Shown in pieces: positions 1-10,099 of a stretch of 64,000 bases of DNA. The stretch's first letter is position 1. Each line of letters opens with the position of its first letter. Made by a program: the position numbers and the translations under genes. The DNA comes from a virus: positions 1 through 64,000 of the IMG/VR virus record IMGVR_UViG_3300017967_005407; one strand, given 5' to 3'. The notes beneath the pieces were generated by a model that saw nothing but the letters and a program-made list of their open reading frames with translations, had not been told where the DNA came from and ran no database searches.

Positions 1-973
1 CGATTTCCGCTTTCTTGTCCGCATGAAGCGTTTGACCGCAAGTGTAACAAATAGCATCGTCAAGTTCTTTGATATCCTTTTCTGCTTTGTCAACACCTTT
101 GGTTGCTCGCATTAATGCTGTTTCAAGTGTTGCTTTTTCTTTATTCAAACTAGTTATGCGATTATTCAGCTCTGTCCAGTTAGTAAGTTGGTCGTGTGCT
201 TCTAATTCTGCATCAATGTCTAGTTTTTCTAGTTCTTCTATAGCAGATTGCAGTTTTTTTACATCTTCTTTGCGTTTTGCTTCCCATGCACGTTGTCTTC
301 CTACAAGAGTTTGTATGCTTTGTTCGATTTTCTTGTTACTTGTTTCGATTGCATTGATTCTCATAGTCTCTTGTGTTATAGCATCTTTGGTTTGTTTAAC
401 TTTTTCTTTCAGCAAGTCTGCTTTTTCGGTAAGGATAGTAATGCCAAGTAACTGTTCAATGATTGCACGTTGATCATTTGCTCTCATACTCAAGAAAGGC
501 TCTGTATAAGTGTTCAATGCAAGTATATGTTTGAACATATCATGACTCATACCTAATAATTCACCAATTGACTCTTGTGTTTTACGACTATCACCTTGTG
601 ATTCGTCTATATCTTCTTTTTGTTCATGGTCATTTATGTAAAACTTAAGAACATTTGGAGATCGGCCACGTTCAATACGATATTTGTTACCGTTTTTCTC
701 AAAGTTTAGAGTAACTAACATGCCTTTGCTGTTGGTCTTGTTAATCAAGTTGTTACGCTTGATGTTTGTTAGTGCTTGACCGTACAATGCGTAAGACAGT
801 GCGTTGATTATGGTTGTTTTACCTGTACCGTTTCGTGATCCAGTGTCGTCTCCACCTTGATCAAGGTTTTCACCAAGTACTAGTGTTAGTTGTTCTTCGT
901 TAAAATCTACAGCTTGGGTAACATTACCCACACTCATAAAGTTTTTAACTGTTAAGTCTTTTACTTTTATCAT
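1..973 (-). CDS. gp46: Recombination endonuclease ATPase subunit, T4 gp46/SbcC/Rad50-like (3' end outside window)
   Basis: Not in the ORF track; translated by hand from ATG 973, which overlaps the gp47 stop. Reads MIKVKDLTVKNFMSVGN...LVLGENLDQGGDDTGSRNGTGKTT (Walker A), then coiled coil and a zinc-hook CYTCGQ at about 32-49. Confidence 0.93.
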   Translation of the reverse strand, partial: MIKVKDLTVKNFMSVGNVTQAVDFNEEQLTLVLGENLDQGGDDTGSRNGTGKTTIINALSYALYGQALTNIKRNNLINKTNSKGMLVTLNFEKNGNKYRIERGRSPNVLKFYINDHEQKEDIDESQGDSRKTQESIGELLGMSHDMFKHILALNTYTEPFLSMRANDQRAIIEQLLGITILTEKADLLKEKVKQTKDAITQETMRINAIETSNKKIEQSIQTLVGRQRAWEAKRKEDVKKLQSAIEELEKLDIDAELEAHDQLTNWTELNNRITSLNKEKATLETALMRATKGVDKAEKDIKELDDAICYTCGQTLHADKKAEI

Positions 974-1983
974 TCTAATCCATTATATATGTCTAATAGT
1001 AACGATTTGTTGAAGTTGTCACTATCGATTGCAAGTATCTCGTTGCTAACAATCTGATCTACGCTTTCAAATTGTTCAATATCCAAGTCTGTAGTAATTT
1101 CTTCTAGATGTTTTTGAGGTATAAGTGTTATTTCTCTACAATTATATTGATCCATAAAAGTTTCCTTGATGAAACTTGCCTCTTCATAGCTAATATCAAT
1201 ATCTAGGTTAACACGCAAGTACATTTTACTTTTTATAAATGTATCTTTCTCATCAATCAACTGTGATAACTTGACTGTACGGTACTTAGGACACTCTGAC
1301 CAGTTGACATATTCCGGTTCTGCATTGTTCTCACGGTCTAATATCATCATACCACGGTCATCATCCCACGCATCAGCATAGTTGTGTGGGAAAGCATTAC
1401 CAATGTAATGGATCTTGCCCTGTTTCTGACGCTTGTGGAAGTGTCCTGAGAACACATACTCTTGGTTCTTGAAGTGTTCCGACTTTAGTTCACCGTGATC
1501 TGGCATCTGCACCATAGCATTCATGTAAAACGATGGTAGTTCGAAGTGTCCAAACAAGTATTTGGCTTGTAACTTCTCAATTCGGCGCCATTCATCACCT
1601 ACTAACCAAGGAACCAGTGCTACATCTTCTATAACTTGAATACTATCTACTACTGTGATACCAGGAATGTGCTTTGCAAACTCAGTTGACTTCACATCAC
1701 GCTTGTCTTTGTAGTATAAGTCGTGATTACCGGCAAACATATAGAACTGTTCAAAGGCATTACCTAGTTTTTCCAACAACCTAATGGTTGTATCCATAGT
1801 TGTAAGGTTTAAACTGTTCCTATTATGGTGCCAGTCACCGCAAAAGATACCTGTTTCGCAGTTATTTGCTTTTGCTTGTTCAATATACCAATCGATATAG
1901 TCTTCACAATCTTGATTGTGTATTCGTGAGTTACCCTTCATACCCAAATGTATGTCAGTAAACACTGCTGCTTTTTTAAACAA
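970..1983 (-). CDS. gp47: Recombination endonuclease nuclease subunit, T4 gp47/Mre11/SbcD-like
   Basis: Metallophosphoesterase motifs DIHLG, GDWHH, GNHD and GHFH; adjacent to gp46; TTG start with an AAGGA SD. Confidence 0.93.
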   Translation of the reverse strand: MFKKAAVFTDIHLGMKGNSRIHNQDCEDYIDWYIEQAKANNCETGIFCGDWHHNRNSLNLTTMDTTIRLLEKLGNAFEQFYMFAGNHDLYYKDKRDVKSTEFAKHIPGITVVDSIQVIEDVALVPWLVGDEWRRIEKLQAKYLFGHFELPSFYMNAMVQMPDHGELKSEHFKNQEYVFSGHFHKRQKQGKIHYIGNAFPHNYADAWDDDRGMMILDRENNAEPEYVNWSECPKYRTVKLSQLIDEKDTFIKSKMYLRVNLDIDISYEEASFIKETFMDQYNCREITLIPQKHLEEITTDLDIEQFESVDQIVSNEILAIDSDNFNKSLLLDIYNGLE

Positions 1984-2010
1984 AATAATTATCCTTACAA
2001 TTGCACGTTA

Positions 2011-2039
2011 ATTGTATGATAACGATTAAACTAAGTCAA
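2011..2039 (-). promoter_or_regulatory. Sigma70-like promoter for gp47-gp46
   Basis: TTGACT-N17-TACAAT on the minus strand. Confidence 0.65.
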
Positions 2040-2857
2040 CCGTTATTTTTTTCACGTCTTAGTGCTGCTTCCCATTCTCCGGAGTGCAATCTTGTATGAC
2101 TTGGATTCATATCATTCATTTCAAGTATGTCATCACGTATGTTTTGATTGCGTTTTTCTAAATTAATGACACGCACAAAGCTATTAGTAACAGCAGCGGT
2201 ATAATAAGCAAAAGGATTGTTGGATTTAGATTCATCAAATTGTAGTCCTATTTGTGAAAGTTGTAAAATAGCCTGGCCTTTCATTTCGTCGTTGTAAGTA
2301 TAACCACGAACATTGCCTCTAGTTGCATATCTATCAACTAGTTTTAACCACATCATTGCTAATTTGTTTGTAGCCATACCGTGTGTTTTGTCAAAATGTC
2401 CATTTTCCATGCCACCTGTCCAATGACTTTTACCTACACATATTAAATTGTCTTCTTCATCAAACTTATAGTGTTGAAAAGGAGGAAAGTTTAGTTTTGT
2501 TTTAGTATCTGCTATAGTTTTAGGGTTTTTCTTTCTACCAGGCTCTTCTGGAATATGATCAAATGTCATAATTCTAAAAATTAGTTCTTGTTTTTTAATT
2601 GTTTTGTAATCAACTTCGCAATCTGCCATCTTTGTCTTTTTGTTAATAGCTTTTTGTTGTTCGTATTCACGTTGACTCATTAATTTGGCTTTATTTCTTT
2701 TGGCTTCTGCAATTGTGCGTATGTTTATTTTGTCAACACTTGGTAAAATTATATCATAATTTGCATATTCGGGACTTACATAGCTGCAAAATGTTGCTTT
2801 TGACTTATGTATCTCAGCTAACATGTCTTTGTTGTTTAAATAGTTTACTCTTTTCAT
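2036..2857 (-). CDS. gp55: Late-transcription sigma factor, T4 gp55-like
   Basis: N-terminal YLNNKDML; C-terminal RGYTYNDEM...FDESKSNNPFAYYT...F...EK; position next to gp47/gp46 as in T4-like phages. Confidence 0.85.
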   Translation of the reverse strand: MKRVNYLNNKDMLAEIHKSKATFCSYVSPEYANYDIILPSVDKINIRTIAEAKRNKAKLMSQREYEQQKAINKKTKMADCEVDYKTIKKQELIFRIMTFDHIPEEPGRKKNPKTIADTKTKLNFPPFQHYKFDEEDNLICVGKSHWTGGMENGHFDKTHGMATNKLAMMWLKLVDRYATRGNVRGYTYNDEMKGQAILQLSQIGLQFDESKSNNPFAYYTAAVTNSFVRVINLEKRNQNIRDDILEMNDMNPSHTRLHSGEWEAALRREKNNG

Positions 2858-2880
2858 ATATTTTTCCTAATCTTAACTTT

Positions 2881-2909
2881 ATTATAATACACGCACTTTA
2901 TTTTGTCAA
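2881..2909 (-). promoter_or_regulatory. Consensus sigma70 promoter for gp55
   Basis: TTGACA-N17-TATAAT on the minus strand (tgtcaa 2904-2909, attata 2881-2886). Confidence 0.8.
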
Positions 2910-2910
2910 C

Positions 2911-2916
2911 TAAATA
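2911..2916 (+). promoter_or_regulatory. Late promoter core TAAATA for the baseplate operon
   Basis: Matches the core of the T4 late promoter TATAAATA; the same hexamer recurs ahead of structural genes at 9608, 10070, 27127, 31597 and 35027. Confidence 0.7.
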
Positions 2917-2933
2917 CAATATAGGAGAATACC

Positions 2934-3743
2934 ATGACTACAAGAGTAAGTTCGCCTTCTTCGTTTGCAGGCAACCAACCAAATAATAATACACCTATAG
3001 CAGACTTTTTAGGAAATGTGAATAACCTAATGTCTAGTTTTAGGGCAAGAAACATATCACCTGGTGCAGAACCTCAAAGTGCTAATGCTGCACAGGCAAG
3101 TTTTTCCTATACAAATGATTACACAGATGATTGGAGAGTACGAGTCTCAGTTCCGTCATCTGGTGCATTTGCAAGTAGTCCTATTCTTTCTCCTTTAAGA
3201 GATACAAACAACTCCTTAGTATGGCCAACTGTGCCTACAGTATTACTTAGCCAATCTGCTAATTATAATGAACTGTCTCATGTACACAATAATTATGTTT
3301 TTCCGCAATACGAAAGCAGTAGAGTTGAAGATATACAAATTGCAGGCCAGTTTCCTGTGCAAAATGCAAATGATGGAAAATATTGGATAGCAGCAGTTCA
3401 TTTTTTACGCAGTGTAACCAAAATGTCTTACGGTCAAACCAGCAACAAAGGTGCTCCACCGCCGTTGTTAAGATTAAATGGTTATGGTGATTATGTATTA
3501 AAAAATATTCCAGTGCTTTGTACATCATTTACTGTTGATCTTCCTGCAGATGTTGATTATATACGTAGTGAATTTGCAACTGGAGCAGACATTGACGGTT
3601 TTGGTTTAAGTAACAACGGAATGGTTCCTACACTAAGCACAATTACATGTGTGTTCAAAGTTGCATACAGCAGAAACAAAGTAAATCAATTTAGTTTAGA
3701 TGATTTTGTTAATGGCAATTTAATTGATCAAGGATATTTATAA
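2934..3743 (+). CDS. Baseplate/tail-tube initiator-like protein (gp48/gp54-like)
   Basis: First gene of the baseplate operon; GAPPPLLRLNGYG...IPV..SF.VDLP.DVDY motif; GGAG SD. Confidence 0.6.
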   Translation: MTTRVSSPSSFAGNQPNNNTPIADFLGNVNNLMSSFRARNISPGAEPQSANAAQASFSYTNDYTDDWRVRVSVPSSGAFASSPILSPLRDTNNSLVWPTVPTVLLSQSANYNELSHVHNNYVFPQYESSRVEDIQIAGQFPVQNANDGKYWIAAVHFLRSVTKMSYGQTSNKGAPPPLLRLNGYGDYVLKNIPVLCTSFTVDLPADVDYIRSEFATGADIDGFGLSNNGMVPTLSTITCVFKVAYSRNKVNQFSLDDFVNGNLIDQGYL

Positions 3744-4045
3744 TGGCAGAATACAGTAATGCAAGTCCTTATGCTATAACTCCTACTGCAAAAGACGGAA
3801 CATTAGGCTATTTTAGCATTCGACCTGTTCCGGCACAGGATGATGATTTAGTTTATACTATCGAACCACAATACGAAAACCGTCCTGACCTGTTAGCTTA
3901 TGATTTATATGGAAATAGCAAGCTCTGGTGGGTGTTCACACAGAGAAATATGGATATAATAGAAGATCCTATCAATGATTTTAAGGCAGGAACTGAAATA
4001 TTTTTGCCTAAGAGTTCAAATATTAAAAGGGTATTAGGAATCTAA
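3743..4045 (+). CDS. Baseplate wedge protein, gp53-like (LysM-like)
   Basis: RPDLLAYDLYGNSKLWWVF motif; small size and operon position. Confidence 0.75.
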   Translation: MAEYSNASPYAITPTAKDGTLGYFSIRPVPAQDDDLVYTIEPQYENRPDLLAYDLYGNSKLWWVFTQRNMDIIEDPINDFKAGTEIFLPKSSNIKRVLGI

Positions 4046-6165
4046 TGTCGTTACTCAACCCTCTGCATCAGTTCAGTACATTTAACACTATCTTTACTTT
4101 GTCTGTTTTGACAGCTGGAGAAGTAAATTCTCCTAATACAACTTACAAAGTTAGAGAACCTAATCACGTACTTTTAAGATCGGGCGGTGGAGCAACAAAT
4201 AAAACAACAACGTACTATGAAGATAGACTAGGAATTAAACTTGAATATTTTATTGATAATGTAAACATTGAAAGTTTAGTCACAAATAATAGTAAAACAA
4301 GAAGTTCTAACGCTACTGCAATAAGTTTTGATGTAATTGAACCATACAGTATGGGATTGTTTTTACAAACACTTGCTATTGCTGCTAAAGAAGCATACGG
4401 AAACGAATATGTAAACTATTTAGATACTCCTTATTTGCTTACAATAGAATTTATTGGGTATGATGATGATGGAAATCCTATTGCTATACAAGATAACTTA
4501 ACTAGACACTTCCCAATCCAACTTACAGATATGCAGTTTGATGTTAGTCAAAGCGGAAGTCAATATTCAGTTGAAGCTATACCTTGGAATGAAACTGCAT
4601 TTTTTGATCAAATCGAAAGAACCAATGCAGATATCCAAATCACTGGCAGAACTGTTGCTGAAGTATTACAAGATGGGCCATATAGTTTAAGCACTGTTCT
4701 TAATGCTAATCTAGCTCGACAGGTAGCAGAAGGAAAAGAAGTAGAAGCTGATAGTGTTGCTATTATATTTCCTCAAAGTATTACATCATCTAACAATTTA
4801 GGCACATTACAAGCAACACAAATAGATGCTGCACAACAAAATTTAAATATTGATGATGCAGGAGTACCTGGTGCAGTAATTACAGGTTTTAAAACAGGAG
4901 TTCTAGACAGTGGTGTAGGTCAAAATACAGTTGATCCTTCGATTAAAAATTATGTAGACAATTTTATTAGAGAACAAAGCGATGATTTTTCAGTTGCAGA
5001 GTCAATAGGCTTAAATGATTTTGGTGCAGCTAAAATTATTGATGGATTTCAAGAACCAGGTAAAACACCTATGCCGTTTGAAAGTGATCAATACAAAAAT
5101 GATGTGTTTTATAGGAGTGATGTTACACTAGATAATGAACTACGTGTTTATAATTATGGTCAAAATACAAAAATAACTAAAATCATCGAAGATGTGATAT
5201 TAAGCAGTAAATGGGGTCAAGGATTGACTAGTGTCTCGCCGGACGCAAACGGATATGTTGATTGGTTTAGAGTACAAAGTAAGGTTTTACTCGATAGCGA
5301 TAAAACACAGCAAAGACATAGTGGTAGATTAGCAAGAACGTACATATATGAAGTGGTTCCGTATAAGGTACATATGAGCACCATTCAACTTCCAACTACC
5401 GGCGGTCCAGGATATGGTCCTATGAAATCTGCAGTAGCAAAAGAATACAATTACATCTATACCGGTGAAAACAGTGATATACTTAATTTTGATATTAGAT
5501 TAAATGCTGCTTTCTTTGTTGGTTTAAAAACAGATATCGGTAACATAAACAATGAACACGCTACAGGAGCAACACAAGATCATTCAAAGCAACAAGACGT
5601 TGAATATGTTCAAGTAGGTACAGGCAGCGGCGTAGAAAATCCAGGAGGATTAGGTAAAACTGGAAATGTGTTAAGTTCTAATACTAGTAGTGCCGGTGGC
5701 AATGGCATATCTAATAGTAAAATTAGTGCAGCACAACAATTTCATAATTTAATTATTAATAGTGATGTTGATTTATTAGAATTAGATTTAGATATATTTG
5801 GAGATCCTTATTTTATGGCAGATAGCGGAATGGGAAATTACAATAGCCCTGAAGCTACACTATTTTTAAATGGAGACGGAACTTTAGATTATCAACGGAG
5901 CGAAACAAGTGTAATAGTAAACTTTAGAACACCTATAGATTACAATGATAATGGTGGTATGTATTTTCCAGAAGATCAATCTGTAGCTGTTGATGCGTTT
6001 AGTGGATTATATAGAGTATTGTCTATTACAAATACAATCAATGGTGGTAAATTTACCCAAAGATTAAACCTTCTTAGATTAAGAAACCAAGACGAAGTAC
6101 CAGAAGAAGAAAGTACACCAATTCTACAAGATGGTGCCAGTGGACCATATTCGCCGTTTGGTTAA
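4045..6165 (+). CDS. Putative baseplate hub protein (gp27/GpD-like)
   Basis: Lies between gp53-like and gp5-like genes; C-terminal I.GDPY...FSGLYRV.....GGKFTQ.L.L.R motif. Confidence 0.6.
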   Translation: MSLLNPLHQFSTFNTIFTLSVLTAGEVNSPNTTYKVREPNHVLLRSGGGATNKTTTYYEDRLGIKLEYFIDNVNIESLVTNNSKTRSSNATAISFDVIEPYSMGLFLQTLAIAAKEAYGNEYVNYLDTPYLLTIEFIGYDDDGNPIAIQDNLTRHFPIQLTDMQFDVSQSGSQYSVEAIPWNETAFFDQIERTNADIQITGRTVAEVLQDGPYSLSTVLNANLARQVAEGKEVEADSVAIIFPQSITSSNNLGTLQATQIDAAQQNLNIDDAGVPGAVITGFKTGVLDSGVGQNTVDPSIKNYVDNFIREQSDDFSVAESIGLNDFGAAKIIDGFQEPGKTPMPFESDQYKNDVFYRSDVTLDNELRVYNYGQNTKITKIIEDVILSSKWGQGLTSVSPDANGYVDWFRVQSKVLLDSDKTQQRHSGRLARTYIYEVVPYKVHMSTIQLPTTGGPGYGPMKSAVAKEYNYIYTGENSDILNFDIRLNAAFFVGLKTDIGNINNEHATGATQDHSKQQDVEYVQVGTGSGVENPGGLGKTGNVLSSNTSSAGGNGISNSKISAAQQFHNLIINSDVDLLELDLDIFGDPYFMADSGMGNYNSPEATLFLNGDGTLDYQRSETSVIVNFRTPIDYNDNGGMYFPEDQSVAVDAFSGLYRVLSITNTINGGKFTQRLNLLRLRNQDEVPEEESTPILQDGASGPYSPFG

Positions 6166-6174
6166 GGAAAACAA

Positions 6175-8070
6175 ATGACACAAGATAACACAAAAAACAA
6201 TCAGGTTACTAGAACGCAAGAGGATCCAAATGCGGCTAAAAAATATGGATTTAAAGTTGGTAGAATTGTAAGTCATTTAGATCCTCATTATATGGGATCA
6301 TTAAAAGTAACATTAATCAATTTTGATACAGCTGGTAATGAATTAGAAGATGAAGGCGAAACTGTTGATGTTGAATATGCTCCAGTGTTTTATGGAACTA
6401 CACCTGCAGAACACCTGACTCCTGGTGATACTTATGCTGACACACAACAAAGTTATGGTTTTTGGGCTGTTCCTCCTGATGTAGGTTCTAGAGTTTTATG
6501 TGGGTTTGTTGATGGTGATATTAATAGAGGCTATTGGTTTGCATGTATACAAGATAGATACATGAACTTTATGGTACCAGGAGCGCAACCAGCAACAGAA
6601 TACTATAAAGGCAAACCACCTGAAGGAGTAAAAGGTAAAAAATTACCAACAGCTGAGTATAATAAAAAGACAGATGGCGATAAACAAAAAGATCCAACAA
6701 AAAATAAAAAAGCACTTAATCTTAAATTTATAGAAAAATTAAAAGAAAGCGGATTAGCTGAAGATGACATACGGGGTATAACCAGCACAAGTGCAAGACG
6801 TGAAATACCTAGTGCAGTTTATGGAATAAGTAGTCCAGGTCCTTTGGATAAAGCAGGTCCTAGGGCGCAACGTGGTACAAAAAATGGTAAAGCAATTGTT
6901 CCAAAAAGCAGACTAGGCGGACAAAGTATCACAATTGACGACGGTGATGATAAAAGATTACGTAAAGGTCCTGCAGACAGCGTTCCTTATGAATATATTG
7001 ATCAAGAAGCTAGTGGTGGAGGTGATAAAGCTATACCTCATAATGAAATGGTGCGTTTAAGAACACGTACCGGTCATCAAATATTACTACATAATAGTGA
7101 AGATTTAATTTATATTTCAAATGGCAGAGGTACTAGCTGGATTGAACTTACCAGTAATGGTAAAATTGATATCTATGCACAAGATAGCATAAGTGTACAC
7201 AGCGAAAATGATATAAATTTTGTTGCTGATAGAGATATTAATTTAGAAGCAGGTAGAAATATTAATACAAACGCAGTGCAAAATCAATATCACACAGTTG
7301 GTAAAAATATTGAAAACCGTGTAGGAGAAACATACAAAACTAGTGCTGCAAAAAACATTGAACTATATGCAGTTAAAGACAATTTTGTAACAGCAGGAGA
7401 AAGAAATTTATTTAACAGTTATCTGCAAACATATATTACAGCACTCCAAGATATGCACGTTTTAACAGAAAAAAATCTGTTTAGTCATTCATTTGAAAAC
7501 ACACATATCACAGCAGACAAAAGTGTATTCATTAATGCAAAAGAAGGTTTTGAAGGTATTTCTGGTAGCGGAAGTATGAAATTAAAAGTTGGCAGCAATA
7601 TGGAAATACTTGTAGCTGAAACTACTAAAATTACCAGTGGAGGAAATTTAGAAACACTTACAACTGGTAATACAAATATAACTAGTAGCGGAAATAGTAA
7701 TATAAACAGCAAAGGACATTATGAAACAGCTAATCCGATACATATGAACGGTCCTACAGCAACTAAAGCAACAGCAGCTACAGAAGCAACTGAGGCAACT
7801 GTCTCAGAAGAATCAGAAATAATTGAAGAGGTTGCATTAGCAGCACTATTTCCTGCAAGAGTTCCACAACATGAGCCGTGGAGCGGCCATGAAAATTGGG
7901 ATCCTATGGCAGTTACACCAGATAAAACAGAAGCAAAACCAGATAGCCAAGATATTCACATTCCTGTTGAAGACGAATCAAGGCTTGCAACAGATCGATC
8001 ATTGATTAGTGACGTTTGGGACAGCGGAGAAGGTATCAAATATCCTGAAATTCCAAAACGTGACAGATAA
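6175..8070 (+). CDS. Baseplate central spike, gp5/VgrG-like
   Basis: OB-fold motifs DPHYMGSLKV and SYGFWAVPPDVGSRV; RLRTRTGHQI; beta-helix-type C-terminal repeats; no recognisable lysozyme domain. Confidence 0.8.
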   Translation: MTQDNTKNNQVTRTQEDPNAAKKYGFKVGRIVSHLDPHYMGSLKVTLINFDTAGNELEDEGETVDVEYAPVFYGTTPAEHLTPGDTYADTQQSYGFWAVPPDVGSRVLCGFVDGDINRGYWFACIQDRYMNFMVPGAQPATEYYKGKPPEGVKGKKLPTAEYNKKTDGDKQKDPTKNKKALNLKFIEKLKESGLAEDDIRGITSTSARREIPSAVYGISSPGPLDKAGPRAQRGTKNGKAIVPKSRLGGQSITIDDGDDKRLRKGPADSVPYEYIDQEASGGGDKAIPHNEMVRLRTRTGHQILLHNSEDLIYISNGRGTSWIELTSNGKIDIYAQDSISVHSENDINFVADRDINLEAGRNINTNAVQNQYHTVGKNIENRVGETYKTSAAKNIELYAVKDNFVTAGERNLFNSYLQTYITALQDMHVLTEKNLFSHSFENTHITADKSVFINAKEGFEGISGSGSMKLKVGSNMEILVAETTKITSGGNLETLTTGNTNITSSGNSNINSKGHYETANPIHMNGPTATKATAATEATEATVSEESEIIEEVALAALFPARVPQHEPWSGHENWDPMAVTPDKTEAKPDSQDIHIPVEDESRLATDRSLISDVWDSGEGIKYPEIPKRDR

Positions 8071-8079
8071 GGGGGCAAT

Positions 8080-9606
8080 ATGAGTATTGTAAGAGACAGT
8101 AATGGAAATCCTGTTAGAGATAGTAGGGGCAATCCAGTAAGAAGTACACCACAAGTATTTGGTGTAAACAACGGAAGTGTAAGCACTGCTCCAATTGGCA
8201 ATCCTTTAAGAGCAATAAACAATACTCTAAACGATTTAGGTATAAATTTAGGAGGCCAAAATTTAGATTTTCGTAGTGCGCAAAATTTTAGTCGACAAGC
8301 AAGCCAAACTGTTGTGAATACTTTAGGAAATAACGGGTCTGTAAATATTAACGCAAATGGTTTATTTGCTAGAGTAACTAAAGATAATGCTAGTTTTGGG
8401 TTTGATAACGGTAATGCAGGAGTTATAATACAAGATGGTCAACTAGGAGGATTTAGAGTTGGTAGTGCTGGTGTAGGATTTCAAGATGGAAAGATACAAG
8501 GAATAACAGCAGGTCCATTAAGTTTGGGTTTTGATAGTAACGGCAATATCAGTGGAGGTAATATTACATCAGGTCCCCTTAGTTTAAGTTTAACCGAAGG
8601 CGGTATAAGTGGAGGAATAAACACAGGCCCATTAAATTTTCAATTTGGACCTCAAGGTATTACTAGCGGATCATTTAATGCAGGCGGAATAAGTGCTAGT
8701 TTTGGTCCAGGCGGTTTCGGAATAGGCGGCAGTGTAGGTGGACTAAACTTTAGTATAGGCAGCGGCGGATTTAATTTAAGTCTAGGCGGAAGTTACTTTG
8801 GCTTCGGCGGCGGAGGTCCTCATACAGTTGGCGGAAATGGCACAGGCGCAATAGATAGATATCAAAAAGAGAATCCTACCCAAGTAACCAATCCTGGAGA
8901 AAGTGCAGTTGAAATAACAATTGATACATTTTTAAAAGGTGCTGGAGGAGCATCTGGTTTAGGAGGATTAATATCAGGCTTATTAGGAACAGTAGCTGGC
9001 GGCGCTTTGCTTGCAAACTTGTCAGGTGATTTGCTAAAAGCAGTTGGAGGTGCGTCTGGAGCACTAGGTGATGCTTTAGGAAAATTAGGTGGTGCAATTG
9101 GCGATGTTGTAGGTGATTTTGCTGGAGGTTTAGGTGATGCATTAAATGGAATACCAGGCATAGGACCTTCATTATCTGCATTTGGCCAAGGAATTGGAAA
9201 TTTAGTTGGTGAAGTTGGTGATGCAATACTTGATGCGCCTACACCTGTACAAGATATTATAGCAGGTGCGTTTGCTTCAAAGCTAACAGGACAACCTATA
9301 GTTTTGACAGCAAACGAAAGAGGACAGATTACAGCAGGTTTACAGTTTGATTCACCTATAGGTTCTTTAGCATTGAATTTAGGAGAAGCAACACGAACTC
9401 TAATTAATGGTGCAACAGACAATAATATTACAAATACTGGTAGTCTTCTAACACTGACTAGTGCATCGAATAATTTATCTTTTATTGCAAATAATAACAT
9501 AACAAGCACTGGAAGAATTGGCACTAATGTATCACGCAATATTGTATTAGATCGCAATGGTAATCCTGTAACAGATAGTAGTGGAAATGCAGTAACTAGT
9601 GGATAG
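8080..9606 (+). CDS. Glycine-rich repeat protein of unknown function, probably virion-associated
   Basis: 508 aa with a GGGG SD; GPLSL/GGxS beta-type repeats, a Gly-zipper segment, and DxxGNPV repeats at both termini. Confidence 0.7.
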   Translation: MSIVRDSNGNPVRDSRGNPVRSTPQVFGVNNGSVSTAPIGNPLRAINNTLNDLGINLGGQNLDFRSAQNFSRQASQTVVNTLGNNGSVNINANGLFARVTKDNASFGFDNGNAGVIIQDGQLGGFRVGSAGVGFQDGKIQGITAGPLSLGFDSNGNISGGNITSGPLSLSLTEGGISGGINTGPLNFQFGPQGITSGSFNAGGISASFGPGGFGIGGSVGGLNFSIGSGGFNLSLGGSYFGFGGGGPHTVGGNGTGAIDRYQKENPTQVTNPGESAVEITIDTFLKGAGGASGLGGLISGLLGTVAGGALLANLSGDLLKAVGGASGALGDALGKLGGAIGDVVGDFAGGLGDALNGIPGIGPSLSAFGQGIGNLVGEVGDAILDAPTPVQDIIAGAFASKLTGQPIVLTANERGQITAGLQFDSPIGSLALNLGEATRTLINGATDNNITNTGSLLTLTSASNNLSFIANNNITSTGRIGTNVSRNIVLDRNGNPVTDSSGNAVTSG

Positions 9607-9617
9607 GTAAATACGTT

Positions 9618-10046
9618 ATGGTACAAAAAATATATAAAAATACTTCTGTAGGAACTAACACAAAACAATCACCTGTAAAAAGCAAATCTTACAGAGGAGT
9701 TAGTACTGTTAACCGTCCTAAAAAGTTTAAAATTTATGATTTAGAATTAATAAAACAAGATATATTAAATCATTTTCATATACGTCAAGGTGAAAAACTT
9801 GAAAATCCTACTTTTGGAACAATCATATGGGATATACTTTTTGAACCATTAACTGATGATTTAAAATTAGCAGTTGAAAAAAATGTTACAGATATAATCA
9901 ACTATGATCCTAGAGTAAGTGTTGATAAAGTTGCTATAGATAGTTACGAAAATGGCATACAAGTTGAAGTGCAACTTACATATCTTCCTTACAGTATAAG
10001 CGAACAACTTAAATTAAGATTTGATCAAAATGCAGGTTTAATTTAA
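9618..10046 (+). CDS. gp25: Baseplate wedge/sheath initiator, gp25-like
   Basis: IRQGEKLENPTFGTIIWDILFEP...YDPRV motif. Confidence 0.9.
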   Translation: MVQKIYKNTSVGTNTKQSPVKSKSYRGVSTVNRPKKFKIYDLELIKQDILNHFHIRQGEKLENPTFGTIIWDILFEPLTDDLKLAVEKNVTDIINYDPRVSVDKVAIDSYENGIQVEVQLTYLPYSISEQLKLRFDQNAGLI

Positions 10047-10099
10047 ACTGCGTATATTATTCAATGCGATAAATATTACTGTATTAAAGGAATATCTCT

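Noticed and set aside
69-473. Plus-strand ORFs 69..473 and 248..451
   Set aside because: Antisense shadows of the gp46 coiled coil on the minus strand.
8862-9668. 268-aa Pro/Ala-rich minus-strand ORF
   Set aside because: Mirror of Gly/Ala codons in the 8080..9606 gene; no promoter or SD support.
2889-10056. Possible CGCA/CGTA element ~15 bp upstream of TAAATA (also near 49985)
   Set aside because: Too few cases and inconsistent spacing to support by eye.
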